DNA from: Ramazzottius varieornatus
Taxonomy: Eukaryota > Animalia > Tardigrada
Direction of reading: 5' to 3'
NCBI GenBank assembly: GCA_001949185.1
Contig: BDGG01000018.1
Location: 434,001-498,000, forward strand
Length of the DNA stretch: 64,000 bases
Below the pieces are notes generated by a model. It saw only the letters and a list, made by a program, of their open reading frames with translations, was not told the origin of the DNA and searched no databases. This document shows positions 28,440 through 41,357 of this stretch, in pieces (position 1 is the first letter of the stretch; each line of letters opens with the position of its first letter). The position numbers were made by a program, and so were the translations under genes.

Positions 28440-30167
28440 ATGAAAGACCAAGCAGTTCTAGATTCAGAAGTCTGGTACAAAGAAGGTTCCATCATCTGCC
28501 AGTATCATCCTTACGCCTGGACCGTCTCACCCAAGTTCGTGGCTCAGTACTGCTATCGATGCGGTCTCGATCCTCGCCCGGCCAAGGTCAAACGATGCTC
28601 GGCATGTCGTCACGCTAATTAATTGGAAAGACCGCCACAAAGTTGAATGCAGAGTCGTGTCTCATCCGGTAATTGTCCGTGCGTGGGAAAGACGCGAAGC
28701 TTTCACCATGCTCCTTGCTGTTCTGGCTCGTGTGGCGGTACGTGAGTACTGTGTGAAAGTTACGCTTTTTACAACCGAGTTTCTGTTGAAATAATCTTCG
28801 TCCTCAATATCGGCAAGTTCGTGCTCTGACAGTTTTGCGCTTTTGGAAAGAAATGGAAGGCGGAATCAGTGACGGCGGCATACTACGTGCCCCAATCACC
28901 GCAAAAGAGATGAAGAAAATGGTTGTGGCCGACGAGTGTGCGCCGGGTATGTTCGACGAATACGGCGACCTCTTTGAACTGTGCGATCCGCAACATCTGT
29001 ACCTCAAGAAGGATAGTAGCAAGTTCCAGGCTTCGGCTCGCTTGTCCGGGGCTATCGCCACAAATAAACGTCCGATGTGTGGGCGGGTCTACGATGCGGA
29101 TAAGCAGAAGCACTGCACGACACGCATCATCGGAACAGTGACGCACGCCACCTTGCGCATTGCTCCTGCATCAAGTGATTTAGTCGGAAATGTGTCTAAG
29201 TTGTCGCAAAGTCAATAGTCGGGGAGTAATATTCTTCCCGGTGTTCTTAGATTGTTATCGGCGAACGCTACTGCTTCAGAACCGTCGAAAGCCACACATA
29301 AGAGGTTTGCTACGGGTGACTTTGTCTACAGCTCTTATAAGTGGCATTTCGCCTGGCTTGGAGTTTGTGGCACTATTACAAACAAGCATGGCCTTTTTCC
29401 TTGTTTTGTTCTACTCTGCTTACGATGGATTTGAACAGTTCCATTTTTGCGCTGTAGCGAGCAGAACAGTACGCTGTGAAATGCGGGAACGCAGAATGTC
29501 CCGAGCCGATTCCATTTGACGATCGAGCAAGGCAGCCATGGCCATCGTGCGGACGAAACAAGGGCAGGCAGCTGCACTAAGGCAAAGCCATCATGGGAAA
29601 GCTGAGCCAGTGGCTGGACGAGCGGGAGCCTGTCGTTCCGGCGCTTGAGGTGGTTGGCGCTCAGATCGCCAGCGCCACTGCCCTTCTCCACCCGACCAAC
29701 CTGCTCTTGGACGTTGCACGCTAGGAAACCTGTCAATATCTGAAAGAGCAAAAGCCAGATGACAGTCTAGAGTATATTTCTTGCATGAAGCAGATCATTC
29801 GACTATCGATTACGTATGGTGACTTCTGTCTGTCAAAGAACAGCTCACTTTGCGTTACTTACCAAACTGTTTTTGGTTTAGACTGCGAGTGAACAAGTAC
29901 GACCGAACGACGCAGGAGGTGTACATAGACATTGTCTCGGCGCACATCAAACGAAAGGAGCACAGAGCTGCCTTACTTGGAGGAGTTGATGAGTCGTATA
30001 AAGCCATTTCTCCAGAGGACAGGATGGACGTGAACTGCGCTTTGGAGTCCGGTCGTTTGCTGTGTGTCGAGTTAGAGAAACCCAAGCCAAACGAGGCTAA
30101 AGTGAACGGCTTCTTTCGGAACTTGGCCGACTACTTTCTCGAGGACGGAATCGAAACTTATTTCTAA
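28440..30167 (+). pseudogene. SMYD-like / zf-MYND gene remnant
   Basis: GSIICQYHPYAWTV...YCYRCGLDPRPAKVKRCSACRHAN then, in a shifted frame, NWKDRHKVEC. The YCSxxCQ segment of the MYND finger is missing at ~28620. 3' extent is uncertain. Confidence 0.6.
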
Positions 30168-30816
30168 GAAGAACGCGCTTACATCGAAAAATCGGTGTGG
30201 GCAGACTAAAAGTACCACTGATGTACTAGATGGAGACGGTCTTACGTGACGTTTTTTACTTTTTAAGACTTAATCTTTTACTTCTTTCTGTGCAGAATAT
30301 CTGTAGGCTCTTGGTGGTGTTGGAACATTTAACAGATCTTGCAGCGCATGTGCCTCCACTGCGTCACCCTTGATGCCGCACTCGACGGTCAGCCATTTTG
30401 GGGGCGTAATTCTGACGGCGTAAACCGTTTGAAAACATGATCTTCAAGCGGAGAAGTTTCTTCGATCCTGAACTTCCTCTCGTCCAAAAGCCCATCCAGA
30501 GCTCTGGGACATCAGTTTGTCTATAGTACGATGATAACGAAAACCTAAGCGTGGTGGTGCAGTGAGCTCAGAAATGTAACCCGTCATAATTATTTCTCAA
30601 AAACACGTACGGGAGAATTATGTCATTTACCTCGTAGGTCTTATTTTGCTCATCGTACAACTTTGCTCACCACCGTTCACGAGCTGAATTCAGGCTACTT
30701 AGACTTGGGAGGTAGGTGTGACGTAGGTCAGCAAAGTTGTGCGCTGACCGAAGTAAGATCTGGCTCTTCGTACGGCAAAGACATCTCATGGCTGTAACGT
30801 TATGGCAAAGACATCG

Positions 30817-31897
30817 GAGTATCGGCATATGAGAATGCGTCCAAAGCATTTTCGGTCGGAATTGGCCTTTTCTGACATCAAGTTGTTCGGAATATTGTAC
30901 CAAACCATAGGTTCATTTTGCATAGACCTGGCAAAAGTGTGATTAAGTATGGTGTGGTGTTTTTCGGTTTGGTGTTCTTCCACACCGAAACTACGTTTTC
31001 GGTGCGAAAGCCACACCATTTTTTTCAGTGTGGTGTGAGTCGGACACCACTCTTTCGGTGCACCACACTACACCAAACCGAACAAGCGAAACCTGTGTGT
31101 TGTAACCGCTAGGCAGCAAAATTTGGCGTAACAAAGATGTACAAACAGAAACGGAATACTGTTAATGCACACGCCGAAGCAAAACCTGACGTCAGCATGC
31201 ATAATTCTGCTGGTCCTACAGGTTTTCCTTGCGTGTTTGGCTGATAGAGCGCACCATGATCCGCCTTGGCCCACAATTGTCCTATGAAGTGGTGCACCAA
31301 AATTTTTTCGGTTTGGTGTGATGTAGTGTCCTAGGACACCGAAACTGAAAGTTCGGTGTGAAACAGGCACCACTTTTTTCGATTTGGTGTTTTCCGCATA
31401 CCGAAAACAAAAAGTGTGGTTTGTTTTCGGTGTGGTGTGGTTTCACCACACCATTGCCAGGTCTAATGTTGCCGCACTTTGCCGCGGTAATGAAATCAAA
31501 ACGCTTGGCTGGAAGATTTGAAATTAAGGCTCCAAATACACAGGGGTGTTCTGGGCCAGTTTCAACACTGGCGATGTGTTGCAGCTGGAGACGCGCACCA
31601 GCGAGCACTTGCGGCGCACGTTGTCTCCACAGTCTTGGTACTTGATTGGTCGATTAAAAGTGCTGCGCACAGCGGATGAGACCGATGTGCGAGCTGATGT
31701 AAGAAAACACGTGCTTTCGGTGCTTCGTTTTATTCCTCATAACTCATTGACCAGTGGTCAAAAACTTGATTCTGACTTCGAATTCACATTCCTCAGGGTC
31801 CATTTGACATAGGTTTCAGTCTCGTTTGACTTCGCCCTTGCTCTCCTGAACAATTTAGTCGTCAGCCAGTTGGACGCATTCTCATATGCCGATACTC
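30817..31897. mobile_element. Non-autonomous DNA transposon, Sola2-like (GAG...CTC termini, 4-bp TSD)
   Basis: Perfect 28-bp TIRs GAGTATCGGCATATGAGAATGCGTCCAA (30817-30844) and complement (31870-31897); flanks ATCG / ATCT; interrupts the second copy of a ~30-bp tandem unit. Superfamily assignment is inference. Confidence 0.8.
30923..31465. mobile_element. hAT-like MITE nested in the Sola2-like element
   Basis: 12-bp TIRs TAGACCTGGCAA / TTGCCAGGTCTA; decayed 8-bp TSD ATTTTGCA / ATGTTGCC; many subterminal TTCGGT, GGTGTG and CACCGAAA motifs. Confidence 0.75.
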
Positions 31898-33349
31898 ATC
31901 TCATGGCTGTAAAGTTATCCGTCATGAGGTAAAGGCGGTAAAGCCTTTTAACGGAAGCCCGATTCCAGCTAGTAATAATAATGCTAAAACTAGAGCACAC
32001 TTATACCTTGGTGCACTTACTTCTTTGCATTACCGAACTAAAGAAACCGATAAAGTTTTCTTGTTGTGCGCTGTAGGACGCATAAAGTCTGGGTGAACGC
32101 CTGGATGAGTAGCTCGATCAGGCGCTAGGCTAGACTGATTGATCAGTAAGGATATACCTAATTCCCCGCCACAAAGCCAAAACGCACAACATGTCATTCC
32201 TCATCAGCCGCGCGTTTCTTGAGGAAGGTCGACATCTGTCACATTGCCTTCATGGTTACCAGACTACAACAGGCAGGTCTGACGGCTGTGAAATGTAACG
32301 GAGACTGGTGAAGTGGCAGAAAGTGCTGGTGGACAGGAGTTCCCCTTCGGTCAAGTGATGATCCCTTCTCTTGTGAAAGCAGCATGTGTTGCTGAGTGGC
32401 GGCACCTGTCAAAGGTTCCTGCACTTTTCAACATCGGCTTCGATAACAAGACATTGCCAGCAATACCCTGGTGAAGGTTGCCAACTTCGTCCAAAAATAA
32501 ACTTGCAATTAGCCAGATGAGTTTTTACGGTGCTTTAGTTATTTATGGTAGGTGGACGGTGGACTGCTAATTTATTAAGTGCAAAGGGGGATAGTTCTCC
32601 GTATGAGTGCATGGCTGAGGATGTGATCACATGTGGCATGTGGCAGCGGAAATTGAGTTTGCGGCGACGAAGCCAGCAGTTGAACGTTAAATACCGTATG
32701 CGGCCAACATCGATTATGTGTCTGCTATATTATGCATCACCACACTTGGCCATTATTTACTTCAAGCTCTCTAAAACACAGCTTGATCATCTGCCAAAGA
32801 GGAAATGATGGAGTTTAGCCCAACATATTCAGATCAAGTACGCGGAAGAGCCGTTGAGTGCCGAAACTGTCAAGTCACGCAGCAAATGCCTTTCCCTAAT
32901 CCCCATACGTACCCTCCGCAACTTATGACCATAAAATTCTTCATTCTCTCCATTTTCGCAAACCGAGCTACTTACCTTAGATTTCGCTCGAATCTCGATG
33001 CTCATACTAGTAGTTTTAACGGCTGGAAAACACCACACCGGTACGCACCTGCATACTTCTCCCAACGACAACAACGGAGTTTGGTGTATGCAGCTACATG
33101 AGCACCGACAGGGAGCACGCACTTTCATTCCCGACTAAAGCAGAGTCTGTTTTGTTCACTTTGATCACGGAAATTTACAGCCCTAAGTGAAACACGAATC
33201 TCTATCGTACGTTGTATGTCCGCTCTTCTTCTAGAAAGGATTACAAAGGTGGTATACACATGAATTGTCAACAAGAGAAACCTCTCATAGTCAGGGCTTC
33301 ATTCACTTGATCCATGCAAAGGAGGAAATAATGAAGCGGCAATGAATAA

Positions 33350-35428
33350 TCAATACATACTGTACAGTTCCAATGATATTTGGAAAGGGTACTTTTCTTC
33401 CTGTTTATCGAAAAAGCTGGATTTTAATTGTTGGCGGAAAAGCTGACTGTGCTGGAAGGCACAGACTTCCCGCTGACAGGCTAGTTCGGCGATCAAGGAG
33501 AACTTGTCCCAGCCGCGTGTTTGTGGCACATTGGTCGGCACTAACGAGGAAAAAATGGGGATGGCTTCTTCCGAGTCGGTGGCTTTCAGGCAGGCACGAA
33601 CATGCCCGTCCTCAAAGGTTTCAAAGGGGAACTTCAGTGAGCAACGTTTCACCCGCAGACCTGCAACCAGGCAAGAAAAAGACCACTTTAGCCAATCTCC
33701 TTTTTCTTCCAGAAGCACTTTGTCCACTTTGCATCGAACGTCGATGCCTCTTACGTTAACTAAATTTGAGCGTGACAATCGGATCATTTTTCGAAGGTAT
33801 CGACTTGGCATGTTCGAAAATGAGGCAATGCATGGGACTGGCGAAAACATTCGCCATCAGCTTTATTTGCTGACATTACTCAGTGGAGAATTCAAATTAT
33901 TCCCGGTGGGACAATTTTCTAACGATTCAGCGTTTACTCAGCGCGGCAAAATCCGTACGTGATGACATGGTAGTAGTATTTAGTATTTTGGATACTATAG
34001 CGTTTTGGATGAATTATAACCTATCACACGCTCATTGGCTTCCTGAGCACTGTTCTCCTGACTGTAAGTCGCGTTAAGGCGTAGTTGTACAGTACCAGAA
34101 TGAGAAAAGAGTTGACCCACCTGATTCGGAAAAGTCGAATTTCCATTCAATATAGGCAGAGGTGGTGCCGGGCTTGCGGCTCAAATAGGTCATGACTTCC
34201 TCTTGCTCGCCGATGCGGCAGTGCTCCGTCACCCACTCGGTATTCCGCTCGGCAAAAACCAACGAGTTCCATCCTGCAACACACAGGAAAAGCCGGACCT
34301 TAACACACGCACAAACAAGAAAAGAACCCCTTGGGGTAATTGGATTACAGTTGAATAGGAATTCTCGGGAAACTAATCATGGGCGTATCCCCAACACCTC
34401 AATTATAACCCCCACCAGATGGACTAGCGCATTCGACGGGACATATTACAGATTAAAACGAGAGCTCGTCGTGCTGGAATAAATACCTGCCGGAAGCGCT
34501 AGAAGATGTGGAAAGAGACTAGGGTATATAGACGGATGGTTGCGGCCCTCTTACCTTCGACCTTCATCCGTATTGGATTTGTTGGTCTTTTATAGCGATC
34601 ATTGCGGGCTGAATATCGTAATTCCAGACGACGGAGCGTCGTCTCATTGGTGCTAGGTCGAATGACATTGCCTAACACATTCAGCGCTTCGGACGAGGAG
34701 TGGAAGGGCACAAAGTCATCCTTGGCGTTGGCGCCATCACGATATTGACCGACCACCGGATCATCCTCATCATCATGATCATGGGAGTAGTTATAGTCAT
34801 CGAAGCTGGCATAGGGTGACAAAGTCCGTTCGCGGCGCGGTGGTCGGCCCTGCATGGTCCCAGCTGCTTTGCGCCGTGTGGGACTGGGGCTGGAACGCGG
34901 CGACAGGTCTTGGCGGAATTGTTGTTGGCGAGGTGTGGAGAGGATACCGTGGGAGCTGGCGTGATGGGGCTTTTGCACTAGCGAGGCCAAATCCTCGCTG
35001 CCGGCCCCATGATGATTGTCTTGACTAGTTAGATTTCCCGTCGATCGACTATTACTTATTCGACCGTAACGCGTGTTGTGCAGATAGTTGTTGGCGGCCT
35101 GCGAGCGGCCTAAGGGATTTAATGTCGACGATAAGATGCGAAAGTCCCGTGAAGGCGACTCGCCATTGTACAAGTAGTGCTGATCGACACTCTGTTGCCG
35201 GTTGCGGAACGCGGCGGCGGCATTACTGCGACGATTGACAGCGGCGGGCCCGTTCTTGTTATTGCGTACACCACTGGGATAGTATATGTATTTGGTCGGT
35301 GGGCCGTTATTGCCCTCCTCATTGCCCACTGTTTCGCCATTAGCGGGGGAAGGTCCCGTCGAGTAGACTTCAATGCTGGGCACGCGGTGCTGGTTAGCGA
35401 AATTATGGATTCTTCGCTGCGAAGCCAT
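33350..35428 (-). CDS. PAW (PNGase C-terminal mannose-binding-like) domain protein with a long low-complexity N-terminus, 3 exons
   Basis: Exons ~35428-34555, 34273-34121 and 33660-33350 join in frame: LELRYSARNDRYKR, GWNSLVF, MTYLSRKPGTTSAYIEWKFDFSESGLRV, FSLIAEL...AFQHSQLFRQQL...PFQISLEL. This resembles the recalled NGLY1 PAW domain (VYLARKEGSSFAYISWKF; AWQHTQLFRQSL). Confidence 0.8.
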
Positions 35429-38400
35429 TAACATGACGGGAGGCTTTCCTTTGCGCGCCCACTAAGCTCGTTGCCCCGATTAGCCGGCGCACTCTCGGGT
35501 TTCTCTTCCCCCTTCCCCCTTCGGCCTTGGTCGATTGTATTGACTCAGGGCCAATCGTACACAGTCGTTTGTATATTAAAGACCCATCATAAAAGAAACA
35601 CCAGTTGAAGATATGGCCAAGAAAAAAAGAGCGACATACAGCGGCAAGGGGAGAAGAGGACGAAAGACGATATGGATGAATGGCAAACAATTTGATCACA
35701 CGATATGGGTAAAATGATCCTCAGCGCCTATAAAGTAAGGGCAGAGAAGCAAACAAGAAAGGCGATGACCAATCTTTATAGCATTGGCAATTAATGATAC
35801 ATGCAGCACGCTGTCAGATAATCAGCGGCATCGCCGAATAAAAACGAGATGATGTGTAATCAAGCGTACATATCCAACCGACACGGTCCCAGCTCCAAAG
35901 AAAAAAGTCAGGCACCACTTTGGCCAACCTTTGCTTACACAACTAGAGTGAGTCCCGGAATGGGCAAGTAGGAAAGGGGAGCCTTTTTATCCGTTAACAG
36001 ATTCATCAGTTCAGCTGGCCGTAAATATGCGTACGGCCAACACATCTGCTAGAGGGGAAGTCCAGTGCCCCGTCTCGCTCTCTGTTCCTTCATTAAGCCT
36101 CCCTTGTACCAACACAAGCACACGGTACTCGGGCAGTACTCTAAAGCTGGCAGCGATCGATGGACCGTGCTCAAATTTACATATGACCAATACAAAGTAG
36201 CTTCTCTTGCGATGTGCTCTCCAGCAACCTTTTACCGATCGGAAATACGGGACGGAAAGAGTTCCTGTGTCAGTATACATATTAGGGCGCTGTAGGCCTG
36301 CTGCCTCAATGGCCATGGCGCACAAGGACCTATAGGCTGCCCATCAACGAGCTGCAGCCTCAAAGGGTAACGACTGCTGACGAAGCAATCCCCATCACGT
36401 CAGCTCCATATGTCGACAAGTATCAACAACCCAACAAAACTCAAACCCCGACAGGCCCGAAGTTACAACACGGTCCATCATGCCAACCCTACCGCACTGA
36501 CGTAAAAGGCAACAGGCAAACTGACAAAAAATCACAGCAACAGGGGAATCGAGCCAAGGTTATTCCCGCTTGAAGCAGTCAACCAATCGAAGTAGGCAAC
36601 GTGCCATGAAGCAGCTGTAGGACAGATGATGAAGCAGTTTGTGCGTCGTGTTGATCCCTTTCGTGTGATTGAGTCAAAAATGCGCGGAATCTTTCAGTCT
36701 TTCATCGTTTCCACTTACTCAGCCCCTGTTTGTCGGCGACTCGGCATCCCGTTCTTCCCTCGTTCAATTATCAGAAAATCCATACCACTCATTAAAAGTC
36801 TGGTTAGCATCCCACGCTCGGCACCATGGGTGCCCTGCATACAAGGCTTGCACTTGCGCTCTTGCCACTGTTGCCACATTGGAACTGGAGGGTAGAGACG
36901 TGATCGTACCGTTCGTACCTCTTTGAGAGATGCAACAAAATAGCTGCTAGAGCTCTTAGCGGTCTCCTCTCGACTTTATCTCCTATCTTGACTAGCCTAA
37001 TGATGGCCGTTACATCGAGCGCTTAATAAAGCGATCGTCGGTCGGTTGGATTTGTTTAAGTCAGATAGGCCACAGATAATTGCTAGTGTAAGGAGCACTA
37101 AGTGCCCCTTCCTACCGATTGTGTGGCTGGACCGCGGCAAGGCCTATTTGTGGAGTGACATATGGCCTCTTGTCCATCTTTGTCAAACAAAACGATTAGG
37201 GCTTGGTTCGCCCACTCATCAAGATCAGGAACGCCGATCCGGAAAGAGGACATGTGACAATGTACGCGATGGCAAGACTTAAAAAACAAACATCCGCCCT
37301 GCAGTATTGATCTTTGTTAATACCTACCTCCATCACCACAAACATGTAATTTAAAACGCAAACCTCACATGAGAAACTAAGTAGGGCCATCCTAAAGCCA
37401 ACGATCCCCGCTGCATTTCTCTACTCTTGCCTGCGGGAACAATCCGACAAAGCTACATTGTCATTTCGGTGCTCTGGCTTGAATTAGGCCATGATACAAG
37501 AAGAGACTCCGGTCTGGGATAGCAGAATGCCAGTTTGCACTCTGCAAGCTGGGCTGATGATTTGGAGGAGGGTTCTTCGGTGAAGGGAGTAAGGAGTTTC
37601 CTGGACTTATGTCGAGCTGGCATGCGTGCAGTGGAGGAGGTTTAGAGCCGCGGGTGTGGCAGTTTCTGCATTTGATGGTCATGAGGGATTGACGTTGGGG
37701 GGTTTTTTACGATGATGCAGCACGGCGCGACCATAAATCGTCATGTAAGAAAAAAAGTCGACGGGAAATGTGTGTGCTTGGATGGCAAGTGTCGAGACGG
37801 GCATCTCCATCTTGACGGATGCAGGGTATTTATTCTGCTTCCTTAAGCTTGCGGCAAATGTCACCCCTCGATGACTTACTCGAACAAAGGCCCGCAAACA
37901 GACAGAGCAGAGCTGCTATTCTTCCCATACACACAATGGACCTTCAGCTTCCTTCCGCACAATTCCTTCAGACGTTATTTTTCCCTCTCTCTAAAGAGCT
38001 AACACCAAGTGGGCGGAGTTAGTCACGCCAATACGACAGCAACGCCGCTCAAACCAGACTATCGTTAAGCCCGACGACATTCCCAGCCACCCTAGTCAAG
38101 TAGCGCACCTACAGCACTTTCCGTAAAAGACTACCCGGATGTTTCGTAGACAATACGTACTGTATACAGATTTTCCAGGGGGTAATATACGGTAGTTCTT
38201 GCTTTTGCGTTTCAACACTGGGGTAGTGACTAGTTACTTCTTTTCCCGAATTTTGATACTTTCAAGGATAGTAGTTTTGCGAGTATCGAAATGGAGGTAG
38301 AAAGGTAATAGTATGTGTGTTGAAAAACGTAAGGTGGGGCTGGTGGGCACAAGGGCTGATGCGACGTCAGCGGGTCATCGAAAGCTTGATATGGACTGTG

Positions 38401-39433
38401 TCACGCGAGGCGAAGGACAGGGCACGTCAAGGGTTCGATGAATGGCTGCTGAGGAGAGCCTCTTGTCCAGAGGACCAAAGAACCTCCCTGTCGCCATATA
38501 TCGACACTCTTGAGCTATCAGACTATTGATTACAGTCGTAAACCTTCCACCATCGGCTGTCGAGCTCGTCACTGTGTGCTGCCATAGTTTCCCTCGATGG
38601 CCAAGAAGCCCAATCATACTCGCTGCTTATTCACAACCTGCTGCCTGCAATTTACGTACAGTTTAGCTTAATTGCTTTGAACGTATACCGTCAAGAGTCC
38701 TTGGCCCAAGGCTGTTGCAAAGTGTGGAGCGAGTCTGCTTTCCCGAAATTCCGATGGCGCAGAGCGCAAAGCGCCTGTCGCAACGCCTCACTCCCAGACT
38801 TGCTGCCACAGAAAGCTCAGAAAAACTCAGAAAGCTTTTCTTACCACAAGTAACTAGTTTTTCCATGTACTGTAGTCGAAAATCTGCATCGGGCAGCCGT
38901 TCATAACTACACGATAAGGAAAGCAATACAGTACGTCGCCATCCAACATTCCCTACGCCCTGACGCCAGTATCCTCTTTTGGCATAGAATCAGGAGAAAC
39001 CAGGCCAGGTCTGATAACTTGCGCCGCAAAGGTTCCAGCCTTCTCATGAAGCTCATTTAATAAGGAAATCCAGCTTCTGGAAGTGTCAACTATGGCAATT
39101 TTGATGTGGCGGTGCTCCAGCAAATGACCGCTTTGCCAGTTTCGAGAGACAAGAGAGTAAGATATTCGTCAAGCGAATAAAACTAAAGTTTGGCGCAGAA
39201 TCGGACACAATGGTAAATTAGCTGCGGATGGGATGTAACCACATGGCGAGTATAATTCAATCAACAAGTCGACAACTAAAAGCAAAGTCCGCCATCTGTC
39301 GTCTATAGACCGACTTCTGCAGCAATTCCCGCCTCAACCATCAGGAAATCCAAGAAACGTGACTTACAACACCGTCAAAATCTTGCTAGAAGCTATATTC
39401 AGCCTTAGGCTCAGGCTGCTGCTGGACTGCTGG

Positions 39434-40607
39434 CTATTTGGAAGTAGTGGCAGCGTTGTGCTGCAAGGCAAAACTGCGCTGTCGTCGACGCTCCATGGCT
39501 GCGCGGAACGACGAAGCATCCTGGCAAAACGCAAGTCAACTTTGTGATCACAGTAGACGTTGATCGAACAGTTGCCCAATGAAATGAAGCTAAAAAAACG
39601 ATCACAGCCCACCTCCATTAGCTTGACATGTTCTGGCGGAGGAGCGCCACCTTTGCCAGCAGGCACAACCTCTGACATGGCCACTGACTCAGATTTCTCG
39701 GAGTAACCTTCTTCCCTGCTCTGAAACAGAAAGACATTCGCACATGCACAGCAGAAACAAGGACGATATCTGCTTGCAATGGCTTATAAGTACTGCCTTC
39801 AGCTGATAGTCGTGTACAACGGGAATGACGGTGACGGCAAGTGAATCGGCTACAGTCGACGAGCCGACCTCGGAATTCTGCAAATGAACATCAGCTCATT
39901 CAGCTGTAACTTTGACGGATCATGCATCTGTCTTTTCCAGGTTGTTGAATAAAGCCACAGATAATTTCTCACGGCGTTTTGGCTTTTGGCTTTGGTTGTC
40001 TTCATCAGTCGGGCAAAGCCGCTGCCGCCTCCACTCTCCGGCACGTCCACTACCTCTTCCGGAGTTTCATCCTACAGGAGAGAATAAGACATAGCAAGTC
40101 ACGTCACTTCATCACAAGACGAAGGCAGTAGAATTTCTGTCTGTCCTACCTTCTTGGGCTCAGCGGCGGAGGGAGGCACCCAGCGCCCAGCTTGGCCCGA
40201 AAGGATGGAAGTGAGGCTGTGTTGTGTGGTTACGGATGATGGAGGGATGGACTCTTCCTCTTTCGAGCCAGATGCGCCAGTCTAGGAGAGAAAAGGAGGA
40301 GTGATTAGCAATTAGAGGACATGGAGAGTTGACGGACTGCGTCGGTGAGGCGTACGTGCGTCTCCATGGAGGAGGTGGTGGAGTTTGTGGACTGCGACGG
40401 CGAGTGTGCCTTCTTCAGGCCTCCCAAGGCTACCTGCCAAGCCTTGCCAGTCTGCCTCGAGCGCTCCTTCCGCTCCTCCTCCTGCTTGTTAAAGATCTTG
40501 TTGGCGTTCATCTGGTTGCGGATGGCTTCCTTCTCCCGCTTCTTCAGCATCTTGGTGAACTCGACGCGATCGGCCACTGTCGTCGGATCCACTGTCTCTT
40601 CTGCCAT
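39434..40607 (-). CDS. Uncharacterised ~230-aa hydrophilic protein, 6 exons
   Basis: Exons 40607-40356, 40281-40150, 40071-39973, ~39877-39854, 39720-39613 and 39520-39434 have GT-AG boundaries and join into one open frame (MAEETVDPTTVADRVEFTKMLKKREKE...RAAMERRRQRSFALQHNAATTSK*). The small fourth exon is uncertain. Confidence 0.6.
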
Positions 40608-41357
40608 TCTCAAACCTGAAAGACAGGCAAAGGTCGCGCTGGAAAGGAGACGGCACTAGTCTTCGATTTTTTCTTCGCCTTGGCAAGAGATGTTAGGGTA
40701 CCAGGATAGTGACGCCAGTCGCTATCGAGTACTTACTGTACCGTGTTCCTTCTCCTTGCAGCGAAGTGGCCTTTGTCTGACCGCCGATCTGGTCAAGTGT
40801 GAAGGAAGAAAGGATGCCCCTGCTGTCATGGAATCCACAGCTGGGTCAGATTCGGCAGAGAAAAACACTCTGCCTTCAAACTGGTATCTCCTTTCTTGGT
40901 TCTCACCGAACGCCAAAATGAGATGCCAGAGGAGAATCGGAAGGGAATGACAAACGGGCTATCGGTAGAAGTTGAACCAGCGGCGGCGTTATGTCGCAAA
41001 CTATCTGTTACTTGTTGCATTTCCGGGGCGGCCCGGAGATACCGTGGGCAAAGGTACAGAAACACGCTGGAAGTGCGGGCGAGAATGATCAGATACTCTA
41101 AACTACAATCAGTCGTAACAGATACCTGGGAAACAAATGTACACTCTATCACAAGTCAAAATGAAAGACATTAACCGGTAGTCAATTGAGGGTGATCACA
41201 TAGAGACGAAGGTATTCTGCCAAAAGGTTCGACTAGCCTAAAAACACGCGACACATGCTTCAGTTCCGATCGGTTGCGAACGGAAACTTGCTGCAGCGTA
41301 ATCACATCTGTGAATATGTTCAAATATGAAGTAAACTGTACAAGAGGCTTCACTACA

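Noticed and set aside
35500-39300. Many short ORFs in the gene-poor stretch
   Set aside because: No domains, splice-consistent models or transposase motifs seen. Probably regulatory or intronic DNA.
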